From Pontiella sp. (GTDB taxonomy: Bacteria; Verrucomicrobiota; Kiritimatiellia; Kiritimatiellales; Pontiellaceae): a stretch of 64,000 nt of DNA. Below the pieces are notes generated by a model. That model did no database searches, was not told the origin of the DNA, and saw only the letters and a program-made list of their open reading frames with translations. The translations under genes and the position numbers were made by a program. Below are positions 36,830 to 45,516 of this stretch, piece after piece. Each line of letters starts with the position of its first letter. The first letter of the stretch is position 1. Location of the stretch: the NCBI GenBank assembly GCA_050298955.1, contig JBNKVA010000004.1, positions 63,690-127,689 of the forward strand, in the 5' to 3' direction.

Positions 36830-36896
36830 AATGCCACCGGGCGACGGCACTCTGTATCGGATGTCCCGGTGCATGCGGGCACGATCCTCCAATCTC

Positions 36897-36925
36897 TTGA
36901 CGGAATTGCTGTTATCAACTATTTT
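36897..36925 (+). promoter_or_regulatory. Candidate sigma70 promoter for the pnt operon
   Basis: TTGACG-17 nt-TATTTT, 40 nt upstream of the ATG at 36966. Confidence 0.45.
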
Positions 36926-36965
36926 CCGCTCAGCCTTCCGGCTATAAATTCATGAGGTGGTGCCG

Positions 36966-38108
36966 ATGCAAGTAGCTGTTGCAAAAGAAATCCTGCCGGG
37001 TGAAAACCGCGTTGCGTTGATCCCCCCGTCCGTGGCATCACTGACCAAGGCCGGCTTTGATGTGCTGGTTCAAAAGGATGCCGGTGCCGGCGCGTTTATT
37101 TCCGACACGGCTTACGAAGAAGCGGGGGCGAAGCTGGCGGCGGATGCCGATGCACTGTATGCCGCGGCCGATATTGTTTTGAAGGTTCGCCCTCCGGAAT
37201 CCTCCGAGGTGGAAAAGATGCGCGAAGGCTGCGCGGTGATCTGCCTGATGGATGCTTTTTTCCGGCTGGATTTGATGGAACAGCTTGAGGCGAAGTCCAT
37301 CAGTGGTTTCGGACTGGAGTTCGTGCCGCGGATCACGCGTGCGCAGAGCATGGATGTGCTCAGCTCCATGGCGGCGATCGCCGGGTACCGGGCGGTTATT
37401 GAGGCGGCGGAGCTGCTTCCAAAATATTTTCCCATGCTGATGACCTCGGCCGGCACCATTACGCCTGCCAAGGTATTTGTCATCGGTGCGGGTGTGGCGG
37501 GGTTGATGGCCATCGCTACGGCAAAGCGGCTGGGTGCTGTGGTGGAGGCCTATGACACCCGGCCGGTAGTAAAGGAACAGGTGGAAAGTGTCGGTGCCCG
37601 GTTTATTGAATTTGATCTCGAAACCGGCGATGCAGAAGGTTCGGGGGGGTATGCCAAGGCGCAGTCCGAGGACTTCTACAAAAAACAGCAGGAACAGATG
37701 AAGGCCAAGGTGGCCTCGGTTGATGTCGTCATCACAACGGCGGCCATTCCGGGGAAGAAGGCGCCCGTATTGATTACGGACGAAATGCTGCAAGTCATGC
37801 GGCCGGGTTCCGTGATTGTGGATCTGGCGGCGGAGCGTGGAGGCAATACGGAGGGGGCGGTTGCAGGCGAGACCGTCGAGAAGCATGGGATTAAAATTGT
37901 CGGTTATACGGACTACCCCTCCCGCTCAGCGGTCCATGCCTCGCAGCTGTTCTCTAAGAATATCGCGACCTTCCTGCTGAATATGGTCAAGGAAGGGGAG
38001 TTCAGGATCGATCTGGAAGATGAAATCGTACAGGGATCGCTGTTGGTGCACCAGGGGCATGTGGTGCACGAACAGATCAAACCGTTGATGAAGCAGGAAG
38101 GAGTTTAG
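36966..38108 (+). CDS. pntA: NAD(P) transhydrogenase alpha-1 subunit
   Basis: KE...GE.RVA..P, PRITRAQSMDVLSSM..IAGY, GAGVAGL, GGYAK, VDLAAE.GGN. Confidence 0.95.
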   Translation: MQVAVAKEILPGENRVALIPPSVASLTKAGFDVLVQKDAGAGAFISDTAYEEAGAKLAADADALYAAADIVLKVRPPESSEVEKMREGCAVICLMDAFFRLDLMEQLEAKSISGFGLEFVPRITRAQSMDVLSSMAAIAGYRAVIEAAELLPKYFPMLMTSAGTITPAKVFVIGAGVAGLMAIATAKRLGAVVEAYDTRPVVKEQVESVGARFIEFDLETGDAEGSGGYAKAQSEDFYKKQQEQMKAKVASVDVVITTAAIPGKKAPVLITDEMLQVMRPGSVIVDLAAERGGNTEGAVAGETVEKHGIKIVGYTDYPSRSAVHASQLFSKNIATFLLNMVKEGEFRIDLEDEIVQGSLLVHQGHVVHEQIKPLMKQEGV

Positions 38109-38110
38109 GC

Positions 38111-38401
38111 ATGGAAGCGTTTATCGGTGCATTAACGATCTTTGTGCTCGCGGTGTTTGTCGGGTATGAGGTCATTACAAAAGTTCCGCCCACCTTGCAC
38201 ACACCGTTGATGAGCGGCTCCAACGCAATTTCAGGCATCACCATTATCGGGGCGATTCTGTGCGCCGGCGCGGGAGAGAACGGCAATTTCTTTTCCGCTC
38301 TGCTGGGCTTCATCGCAGTGGTCATGGCGATGATTAACATTATCGGCGGCTTCATGGTCACGGACCGCATGCTTCACATGTTCAAGAAAAAGAAGGATTA
38401 G
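38111..38401 (+). CDS. NAD(P) transhydrogenase alpha-2 subunit
   Basis: VPPTLHTPLMSGSNAISGI, N..GGF.VT.RML.MF. Confidence 0.95.
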   Translation: MEAFIGALTIFVLAVFVGYEVITKVPPTLHTPLMSGSNAISGITIIGAILCAGAGENGNFFSALLGFIAVVMAMINIIGGFMVTDRMLHMFKKKKD

Positions 38402-38404
38402 CCG

Positions 38405-39787
38405 ATGCCCTACCTGATCAATCTCGCCTATCTCGTTGCCGCCGTCCTGTTCATCCTGGGGCTGAAGGGGCTGAGCTCGCCCAGGACCGCCGTGCGAGGC
38501 AATCTGACCGGCGCGGTCGGCATGCTGATCGCCATTATTGCGACGCTGATTGACCAGCAGGTGCTGAGTTTCGGCTGGATCATCGCCGGGATGGTGGTAG
38601 GCGGCGGCATCGGCGCGTATTTTGCGCGTACGGTGAAGATGACCGCAATGCCGCAGATGGTTGCGCTGCTCAATGGGTTCGGGGGCGGTGCGTCGGTGAT
38701 GGTCGCACTCTCGCAGTTCATTATTACCCCATCCGGCGAACGGCCGCTCCAGTGGCTGGTGGCGTTGGCGCTCAGCGCATTCATCGGCTCGATTACGCTC
38801 ACGGGCAGCGTGGTTGCCTGGGCAAAGCTGGAAGGGTTCGCGGAAAAAGCACTGAAGCTGCCGCATCAAAACCTGCTGCGCGTGGTGCTGGTGGCCGTAA
38901 CGCTTGCGCTGGGCGGCCTGTTTGTCTGGCAGGGCTGGGGTCTTATTCTGGTCCTGCTGGTGGTCGCGGCGCTAGCATTGGGCATCCTGCTTGTGGTTGC
39001 TATCGGCGGGGCGGATATGCCGGTGGTCATTGCACTGCTCAACTCCTATTCCGGCCTCGCGGCAGCGGCGACCGGATTCGTTCTGCTCAATAACGGACTG
39101 ATCATCAGCGGCTCCCTGGTGGGGGCTTCCGGTATCATCCTCTGCCAGATCATGTGCAAGGCAATGAACCGCTCGCTCGGGGCCGTGTTGTTCGGCGGGG
39201 CCATGGTCAGCGAAGATCAGATGGCGGCGATTCCCGGGCAGGAGTTCTATGAAGGTAAGGTCAAAAGCTGCGGTGCCGAAGAGGTCGCCATGCTGCTGGA
39301 CAATGCACAGAAGGTGATCATTGCTCCGGGCTACGGGCTGGCGGTGGCGCAGGCGCAATACGCAACCCAGGAGCTGGCGACCTCGCTGGAAGCGCGCGGA
39401 ATCGATGTGAAGTATGCCATCCATCCGGTCGCCGGCCGCATGCCCGGCCACATGAACGTCCTGTTGGCAGAAGCCAAGGTGCCGTACGAAAAACTGGTGG
39501 AGATGGATCAGATCAACCCCGAGTTTGCCCAGACGGATGTCACCCTGGTGCTGGGGGCCAACGATGTAACCAATCCGGCTGCGCGCGATGACACAGGCAG
39601 CCCGATCTACGGCATGCCGATCCTGGAGGTGGACAAGTCGCGGACCGTCATTGTGGTCAAGCGCAGCCTCAGTCCCGGATTTGCCGGGATTCCCAATCAG
39701 CTGTTCATTAATGAAAACACCATGATGCTGTTCGGCGATGCCAAGGCCGTCCTTCAGGACCTGCTCAGCGCAATAGAAGATCTTTAG
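38405..39787 (+). CDS. pntB: NAD(P) transhydrogenase beta subunit
   Basis: MT.MPQMVA.LNG.GG, IGGADMPVVI.LLNSYSG, GYG.AVAQAQ, HPVAGRMPGHMNVLLAEA, GAND..NP. Confidence 0.96.
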   Translation: MPYLINLAYLVAAVLFILGLKGLSSPRTAVRGNLTGAVGMLIAIIATLIDQQVLSFGWIIAGMVVGGGIGAYFARTVKMTAMPQMVALLNGFGGGASVMVALSQFIITPSGERPLQWLVALALSAFIGSITLTGSVVAWAKLEGFAEKALKLPHQNLLRVVLVAVTLALGGLFVWQGWGLILVLLVVAALALGILLVVAIGGADMPVVIALLNSYSGLAAAATGFVLLNNGLIISGSLVGASGIILCQIMCKAMNRSLGAVLFGGAMVSEDQMAAIPGQEFYEGKVKSCGAEEVAMLLDNAQKVIIAPGYGLAVAQAQYATQELATSLEARGIDVKYAIHPVAGRMPGHMNVLLAEAKVPYEKLVEMDQINPEFAQTDVTLVLGANDVTNPAARDDTGSPIYGMPILEVDKSRTVIVVKRSLSPGFAGIPNQLFINENTMMLFGDAKAVLQDLLSAIEDL

Positions 39788-39907
39788 TCGTTTTGAACGT
39801 TCTGCCTTTAAATCTGCCCAATACGCGAGATACGTGATTGTTTAGCTTTCAATTTGAGCGGGGTTTAGTATTTATTACTATGATTCAGTGTATGCCGGAG
39901 AAAAAAA

Positions 39908-40753
39908 ATGACTACAACACATAGTTTGATCAACCAGTTGATTCAGTTGCAGGAACTGGTCGTTGCCAATATGCAGAAAAAGGTAACGATGCCGAAAGCG
40001 CGTCTGGATGAACTCGAAAAGTCGATTGCCACGATGAGCGCCGATGTGCCGCAGCAGGTCAAGTCGCACTTCAACCGTCTTTTGCAGAAACACCCGGAGG
40101 CGATCGTTCCTGTAGCCAATGGATTGTGCACCGGCTGCGGAATGTCGCTGACCAAGAGTCTGGTTAACGGTGTGCATAAGGCCGATGCCATGCATCGCTG
40201 CCCGAACTGCGCCCGTTTTCTCTATTATCCTGAGCAGCTGGTTGCCCGGGAGCGCACCAGTCGCGTATACGGAGAGGCCCGAAAAACAGGGATTTCACGT
40301 TATACCTCGCCGGAATTGATGATGACCGGGCTCAAGGGAACGACACCCGAAGAGGTGCTGCGCGAACTCTGCACCCGAATGTCCGAAGAGGCGTTTGTCG
40401 AGGATGGCAACCTGCTGCTGGATATGGCTCTGCAGCGTGAAGCGATCGTGAGCACGGCCGTCGATAACGGCCTGGCCTTTCCGCACGTGCGCGGTGTGGA
40501 GGGGGGCGGGCTCTCCATGGCGGTCGGCATCAGCAAAAAGGGCGTCAAGTTCGGCGGGCCTGGCCGAACCCTGACGCGGATCTTTTTCTTTGTCGTGATT
40601 CCTACGGCGACCAGCGCCTTTTACCTGAAACTGATTTCGGGACTCTCCCGGACATTCCGTGAAAAGGATGCACGCGAAATGCTGCTGGCTGCTAAGACGG
40701 AAGAGGATCTCTGGAAGGCGCTCATCAAAACAACCAAGAAGACGTTTAATTAG
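39908..40753 (+). CDS. C4 zinc-ribbon (DUF164-like) fused to a PTS EIIA (Fru/Ntr type) domain
   Basis: L..LQEL, A.VPV..G.CTGC...CPNC.R.LY; C-terminal RE...ST....G.AFPH.R with phospho-His. Confidence 0.75.
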   Translation: MTTTHSLINQLIQLQELVVANMQKKVTMPKARLDELEKSIATMSADVPQQVKSHFNRLLQKHPEAIVPVANGLCTGCGMSLTKSLVNGVHKADAMHRCPNCARFLYYPEQLVARERTSRVYGEARKTGISRYTSPELMMTGLKGTTPEEVLRELCTRMSEEAFVEDGNLLLDMALQREAIVSTAVDNGLAFPHVRGVEGGGLSMAVGISKKGVKFGGPGRTLTRIFFFVVIPTATSAFYLKLISGLSRTFREKDAREMLLAAKTEEDLWKALIKTTKKTFN

Positions 40754-40775
40754 GTGCGGCGCGCTTTGGCGGTTG

Positions 40776-40801
40776 AAAAAGGTCGGCTTCGCCGGCCTTT
40801 T
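40776..40801. terminator. Intrinsic terminator, possibly bidirectional
   Basis: AAAAAGGTCGGC-TTC-GCCGGCCTTTT, about 20 nt after the stop at 40753. Confidence 0.65.
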
Positions 40802-40820
40802 CCTTTATACGGGAGCAGAC

Positions 40821-41864
40821 ATGTTCACGATTTACGACACAGATGCGCTTGAAGTCCTCCGCAGCAGGAATGCCGTGCAGCCGCATTGCATGAAGCTGTT
40901 TCGGAACGCGCTGTTCAAGAATGCGGAAGACTGGACGTCGGCGCTTTCTGCTATTCCGGAGAAGGCCCGCACGGATATCGAGCAAAACGTGGCGTTCGAG
41001 AGCCTGCGCCTGGAGGAACGACATGACTCCGATGTTGATGGAGCGAGTAAGCTGATCTTCCGAACGCACGACAATAATCTGATCGAGAGCGTTGTGTTGC
41101 GCCCGAAAACCGGCCGGACCTCGATCTGCATCTCGTCGCAGGTGGGTTGTGCGTGCTACTGCAGCTTCTGCGCCACCGGAAAAATGGGGTTTACCCGCAA
41201 TCTGAACCGGGCGGAAATTCTGGACCAGGTTGCTCAGGCCAACCGCATGGTAAAGCCGGAAGGGCGCTCGATCCGCAATGTGGTTTTTATGGGCATGGGT
41301 GAGCCATTGCTCAATATGCAGCACGTATTCGAGTCTGTTGATTTCCTGAAGGCGGTCCCGTTCTTCAATCTTTCCGGATCCCGCATCACGGTTTCAACGG
41401 TGGGGATTCCCCATGCCATGGAACGGTTTGCTGAAACGTATCCCGATGTGCAGCTGGCCTTGAGCCTGCACAGCGCGCGACAGGCGGTTCGGGAACGCCT
41501 CATGCCGCAGGCCCGGAAATATCCCCTCGAAATGCTCCGGGAATCACTGGTTGCTGCATCCCGAAACGGCAAGATAATGATTGAGTATCTCATGCTTGCC
41601 GGGGTGAATGATACGGAAGCGGACCTGCATGCGCTCGAGTCCTATCTGAGCGGAATTCCGGTACACATTAATATCATCCCTTTCAACGAGTTTGCCGGCA
41701 GTAATCTGCGCGGCACACCGAAGCCGGAAAGAGAGCGGTTTGCAAATTATCTCAAGGCGGCGGGATTTGATACCACCCTGCGTTATTCGATGGGATCGGA
41801 TATCGAAGCGGCGTGCGGCCAGTTGGTGAAGCATAAGACGGAGATGTGCGGTGGGACTGGATAA
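40821..41864 (+). CDS. rlmN: RlmN-family radical SAM RNA methyltransferase
   Basis: CISSQVGC...C.FCATG, NVVFMGMGEP, SLHS, EY.ML.GVND, DI.AACGQL. Confidence 0.88.
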   Translation: MFTIYDTDALEVLRSRNAVQPHCMKLFRNALFKNAEDWTSALSAIPEKARTDIEQNVAFESLRLEERHDSDVDGASKLIFRTHDNNLIESVVLRPKTGRTSICISSQVGCACYCSFCATGKMGFTRNLNRAEILDQVAQANRMVKPEGRSIRNVVFMGMGEPLLNMQHVFESVDFLKAVPFFNLSGSRITVSTVGIPHAMERFAETYPDVQLALSLHSARQAVRERLMPQARKYPLEMLRESLVAASRNGKIMIEYLMLAGVNDTEADLHALESYLSGIPVHINIIPFNEFAGSNLRGTPKPERERFANYLKAAGFDTTLRYSMGSDIEAACGQLVKHKTEMCGGTG

Positions 41865-43017
41865 CATTGTACTGGAGCTCTCGGTTATTTTTGCCGGGGC
41901 CGCGATCCTGGGAACCCTTTTCCTGTATCTGCGGCAGCCGATTATTCTGGCGTATATTGCCTTGGGAGCGCTTATCGGTCCCTTGGGCTTCAAAGTGCTT
42001 GGCGATGCGGCGCATATCGAGCGGCTTTCGCACATCGGGATCATCCTGCTTCTCTTTCTTCTGGGGCTGAACCTGCATCCGGAAAAACTGCTGCAGCTGT
42101 TCAGGAAAACATCCATTGTTACGCTCGGAACCAGCGTGGCCTTCATGCTGTTGGGAACGGTCGTTTCCTTATGCCTTGGTTTTCGTGTTTTGGATGGCCT
42201 GATCATCGGGGCGGCCATGATGTTTTCCAGCACGATTGTCAGCCTGAAGTTGACGCCTACCACGACCCTGCACCAGAAGCATACCGGTGAAATGATGATC
42301 AGCGTGCTATTGTTGCAGGATATTCTGGCCATCCTGCTCATTCTGTTGCTGGGCGGGCAAAAAGAGGGCGGGGGGCTTGTGGGCTCCGTTCTGGTGGTGT
42401 TAAAGCTGGCAGGCCTTGGATTGTTTGCGAGCCTGGTCGTCAAGTTTGTCATCATTCCGCTGTTTAAGCGGTTCGATGTGATCAAGGAATATTTCTTTGT
42501 GGCCTCGCTGGGCTGGTGCCTGCTGATGGCGGAGTTCGCTTATCTGCTGGGCCTTTCCTATGAAATGGGGGCGTTTATTGCCGGGGTGGCGTTGGCGGCG
42601 TTTCCTATTGCATTTGTCATCGCTGAAGAGTTGAAGCCCTTGCGCGAATTCTTCCTGATCCTCTTCTTTTTTTCCATCGGCGCCAAGTTTGATCTGTTTG
42701 TGACGAAAGAGCTGCTGCTGCCGGGTATCGTGCTGGCCTTCGCCATCATGCTCGCGAAGCCCATTCTCTTTCGGCTGGCGTTCAAAGCGACGCAGGAAGA
42801 GCCGCGCATTGCCCGGGAACTGGGTATTCGACTGGGGCAGGCCAGCGAATTTTCATTGTTGGTTGCATATAGTGCGGAAAAATCAGGGATGATTTCGCTG
42901 AATGCCTCATATTTGATACAAACTGTGGTTATTTTTACGTTTATTGCTTCGACCTATTGGGTTGTTAACAAATATCCGACTCCAATATCGTCAAAAAACA
43001 GCCTAAGAGTCGATTGA
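41851..43017 (+). CDS. CPA2 cation:proton antiporter without RCK domain
   Basis: RQP.ILAYI..G..IGP, GI..LLF.LGL, FSST, LLLQD, GAFIAG, FFFSIG, Q.SEFS; GTG start. Confidence 0.88.
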   Translation: MGLDNIVLELSVIFAGAAILGTLFLYLRQPIILAYIALGALIGPLGFKVLGDAAHIERLSHIGIILLLFLLGLNLHPEKLLQLFRKTSIVTLGTSVAFMLLGTVVSLCLGFRVLDGLIIGAAMMFSSTIVSLKLTPTTTLHQKHTGEMMISVLLLQDILAILLILLLGGQKEGGGLVGSVLVVLKLAGLGLFASLVVKFVIIPLFKRFDVIKEYFFVASLGWCLLMAEFAYLLGLSYEMGAFIAGVALAAFPIAFVIAEELKPLREFFLILFFFSIGAKFDLFVTKELLLPGIVLAFAIMLAKPILFRLAFKATQEEPRIARELGIRLGQASEFSLLVAYSAEKSGMISLNASYLIQTVVIFTFIASTYWVVNKYPTPISSKNSLRVD

Positions 43018-43226
43018 GCCTGCTTAATTTAGAATAATTCCGCATATTATCCCTGTTTATATTTTAAAATAGCGATATTTTATCAAATCATGCGGTGTAG
43101 ATCCTGATTGTTTCAATTTTATCTCTATTTATCCGAGCTATATTTAGCCTATATTATTTTACATCCAAAATAGTTGACATAATCAACGGGCTAAAATAGA
43201 TTGCTCTCAAATTTGGAGGTTAAATT

Positions 43227-44948
43227 ATGCCAAATATACCTATGGAAGGCGGCCAGGCCATTATTAAATGCCTGGAGAACGAAGGTGTTGAGTATATATT
43301 CGGGTATTCCGGCGGTGCAGCGATCCCGATTTTCGATGCGCTTGTTACGACGGAAACCAAAATCAATTTTGTCCTGACCCGGCACGAACAGGGTGCTGCC
43401 CATATGGCCGATGGCTATGCGCGCGCCACCGGAAAGCCGGCGGTTGTGCTGGTTACCAGTGGTCCGGGGGCAACCAATACCCTGACCGGCATTATGACGG
43501 CTCACATGGACTCGGTTCCCATGATCGTTCTCACGGGGCAGTCGGTTTCGTGGATGCTCGGCAAGGATGCCTTTCAGGAAGCGGACATTTTCGGCATCAC
43601 GATGCCGGTGGTTAAACATTCCTATCTGGTCAAATCCTCCAATGATATTCCGCGTATAGTCCGCGAGGCGTTTCACATCTCGACGACGGGACGGCCTGGC
43701 CCGGTTTTGATCGATATCCCCAAGGATATCAGTGCCGGCCCGTGCACGGCCGACCTGCACGCCGAGATGGATCTACCCGGCTACACGCTGGATCAGACGG
43801 TTGACAAGGATACCGTTCTTGAAATTGCCGAGGCCCTGGCCAAGTCGCACCGGCCGCTGATTCTGGCCGGGCACGGTGCGATGATTGCCGGCGCCGATGA
43901 TGCGCTGAAGGCGTTGGCCGAGAAGTCACGTATTCCGGTTACAACGACCCTTCTCGGCAAGGGTGTATTCCCGGAAACCCACGAGCTTTCACTTGGCATG
44001 CTGGGCATGCATGGTACGGCGTATGCCAACAAAGCCATCTGCGAGTGCGACCTGCTGCTGAACATCGGCTCCCGGTTTGACGACCGTATTCTCGGGCAGC
44101 CCGACAGGTTCTGCAAGGATGCAACCATTGTCCATATCGATATCGATGCCGCAGAGATCGGCAAGATGATCCAGCCGCAGATTGCCTGCGTGGCCGATGC
44201 ACGCATTGCGCTTGAAGAGCTGATCAAGCATGTTCCGATACTGGAGACAAAGGAATGGCAACGGCATCTGGATGGGTATAAAGCCAAGTATCCGCTCAAG
44301 TTCAAGCGGCAGGGCAGCCTGAAGATGCAGCACATTATCGATGAATTCTACAAGCTTTCCGAAGGGAAGGCCTGTGTGGCTACCGATGTCGGACAGCATC
44401 AGATGTGGGCGGCCCAGTTCTACAAAAACGACAGCCGCTACAACTGGCTTAGTTCGGGCGGTGCCGGTACGATGGGTTTTGGTCTGCCGGCCTGTGTGGG
44501 TGCGGCATTCGGACGGCCGAATGACCTGCATGTCTGCTTTGTCGGTGACGGCGGTTTCCAGATGACGTTCTTCGAACTGGCCACCGCGGCGTTGTATAAG
44601 CTGCCGATCAAGATTGTGGTCCTGAACAACCATTATCTGGGCATGGTGCGTCAGTGGCAGCAGTTGTTCTACGAGGATCGCAAGAGCGGGGTGGACCTGG
44701 AGGGCAATCCCGACTTTGTCAAGCTGGCGGAGTCGTTCGGGATCAAGGGCTTCAACCTGCGCCGTCCGGGAGACGTGAAGCGCGTGCTGAAGAACGCGCT
44801 GGATTACAACGAGGGCCCGTGCCTGATCAACTGCGAGGTTGAAAAGACGGATAACGTGTTCCCGATGATTCCGGCCGGTGCGGCCATCGAGGACATGCTG
44901 GTTGAGCCGCCCACTCAGAAAATGGAAAAGCCCACGGGGTCGACGTAA
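43227..44948 (+). CDS. ilvB: Acetolactate synthase large subunit
   Basis: RHEQGA.HMADGYARATG, TSGPGATN, GMHG, DVGQHQMW, GDGGFQM, LGMVRQWQ; SD GGAGG. Confidence 0.96.
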   Translation: MPNIPMEGGQAIIKCLENEGVEYIFGYSGGAAIPIFDALVTTETKINFVLTRHEQGAAHMADGYARATGKPAVVLVTSGPGATNTLTGIMTAHMDSVPMIVLTGQSVSWMLGKDAFQEADIFGITMPVVKHSYLVKSSNDIPRIVREAFHISTTGRPGPVLIDIPKDISAGPCTADLHAEMDLPGYTLDQTVDKDTVLEIAEALAKSHRPLILAGHGAMIAGADDALKALAEKSRIPVTTTLLGKGVFPETHELSLGMLGMHGTAYANKAICECDLLLNIGSRFDDRILGQPDRFCKDATIVHIDIDAAEIGKMIQPQIACVADARIALEELIKHVPILETKEWQRHLDGYKAKYPLKFKRQGSLKMQHIIDEFYKLSEGKACVATDVGQHQMWAAQFYKNDSRYNWLSSGGAGTMGFGLPACVGAAFGRPNDLHVCFVGDGGFQMTFFELATAALYKLPIKIVVLNNHYLGMVRQWQQLFYEDRKSGVDLEGNPDFVKLAESFGIKGFNLRRPGDVKRVLKNALDYNEGPCLINCEVEKTDNVFPMIPAGAAIEDMLVEPPTQKMEKPTGST

Positions 44949-45005
44949 ACCGCGTGCCCAAGCCGTTTCCTTAGCCATGGCCAACCCCAAACGGAGTCTA
45001 TAGTT

Positions 45006-45509
45006 ATGTCGAATTCAAACAAACCCATGCATACGTTGAGTGTTTATGTTGCGAACAAGCCGGGTGTTCTGGCCCGGATCGCGCAGGTGTTTTCACGCCG
45101 CGGATTCAATATCGAATCGCTGGTGGTATCGCCGGCAGTGGACGGGCATTTTTCCAGAATGACGATCAGCTGCAGCGGGGACCCGCAGGGTCTCGATCAG
45201 ATCATCAAGCAGTTGTTGAAGCTGATTGATGTGCTGCATTGCATTGACCACACCTTTGATGAATCGGTCACCAAGGAGATGGGCCTCATTAAAATTGCCG
45301 TTGACAGTGAAGGGCGCTCCGAAGCCCTTCAGATTGCCGAGCACTATGGATGCAAAACCGTCGACCTGACACCCGAGTCGATGATTCTTCAGGTGGTCGG
45401 TAATCCGGATAAGATTGATGCGCTGGAAGAGATGATTGCCAAATTCAGAATCATTGAGCTGGTTCGGACTGGCAAGGTCGTCATGAGCCGCGGCAACGAG
45501 CTCACCTGA
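45006..45509 (+). CDS. ilvN: Acetolactate synthase small subunit
   Basis: LSV.V.NKPGVL.RI...FSRRG.NIESL, SRMTI, QI.KQL.KLIDV, ELVRTG. Confidence 0.95.
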   Translation: MSNSNKPMHTLSVYVANKPGVLARIAQVFSRRGFNIESLVVSPAVDGHFSRMTISCSGDPQGLDQIIKQLLKLIDVLHCIDHTFDESVTKEMGLIKIAVDSEGRSEALQIAEHYGCKTVDLTPESMILQVVGNPDKIDALEEMIAKFRIIELVRTGKVVMSRGNELT

Positions 45510-45516
45510 CAGCGGG

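Noticed and set aside
43085-43110. Short ATG ORF as an ilv leader peptide
   Set aside because: Encodes MRCRS only, with no branched-chain codons and no terminator/antiterminator.
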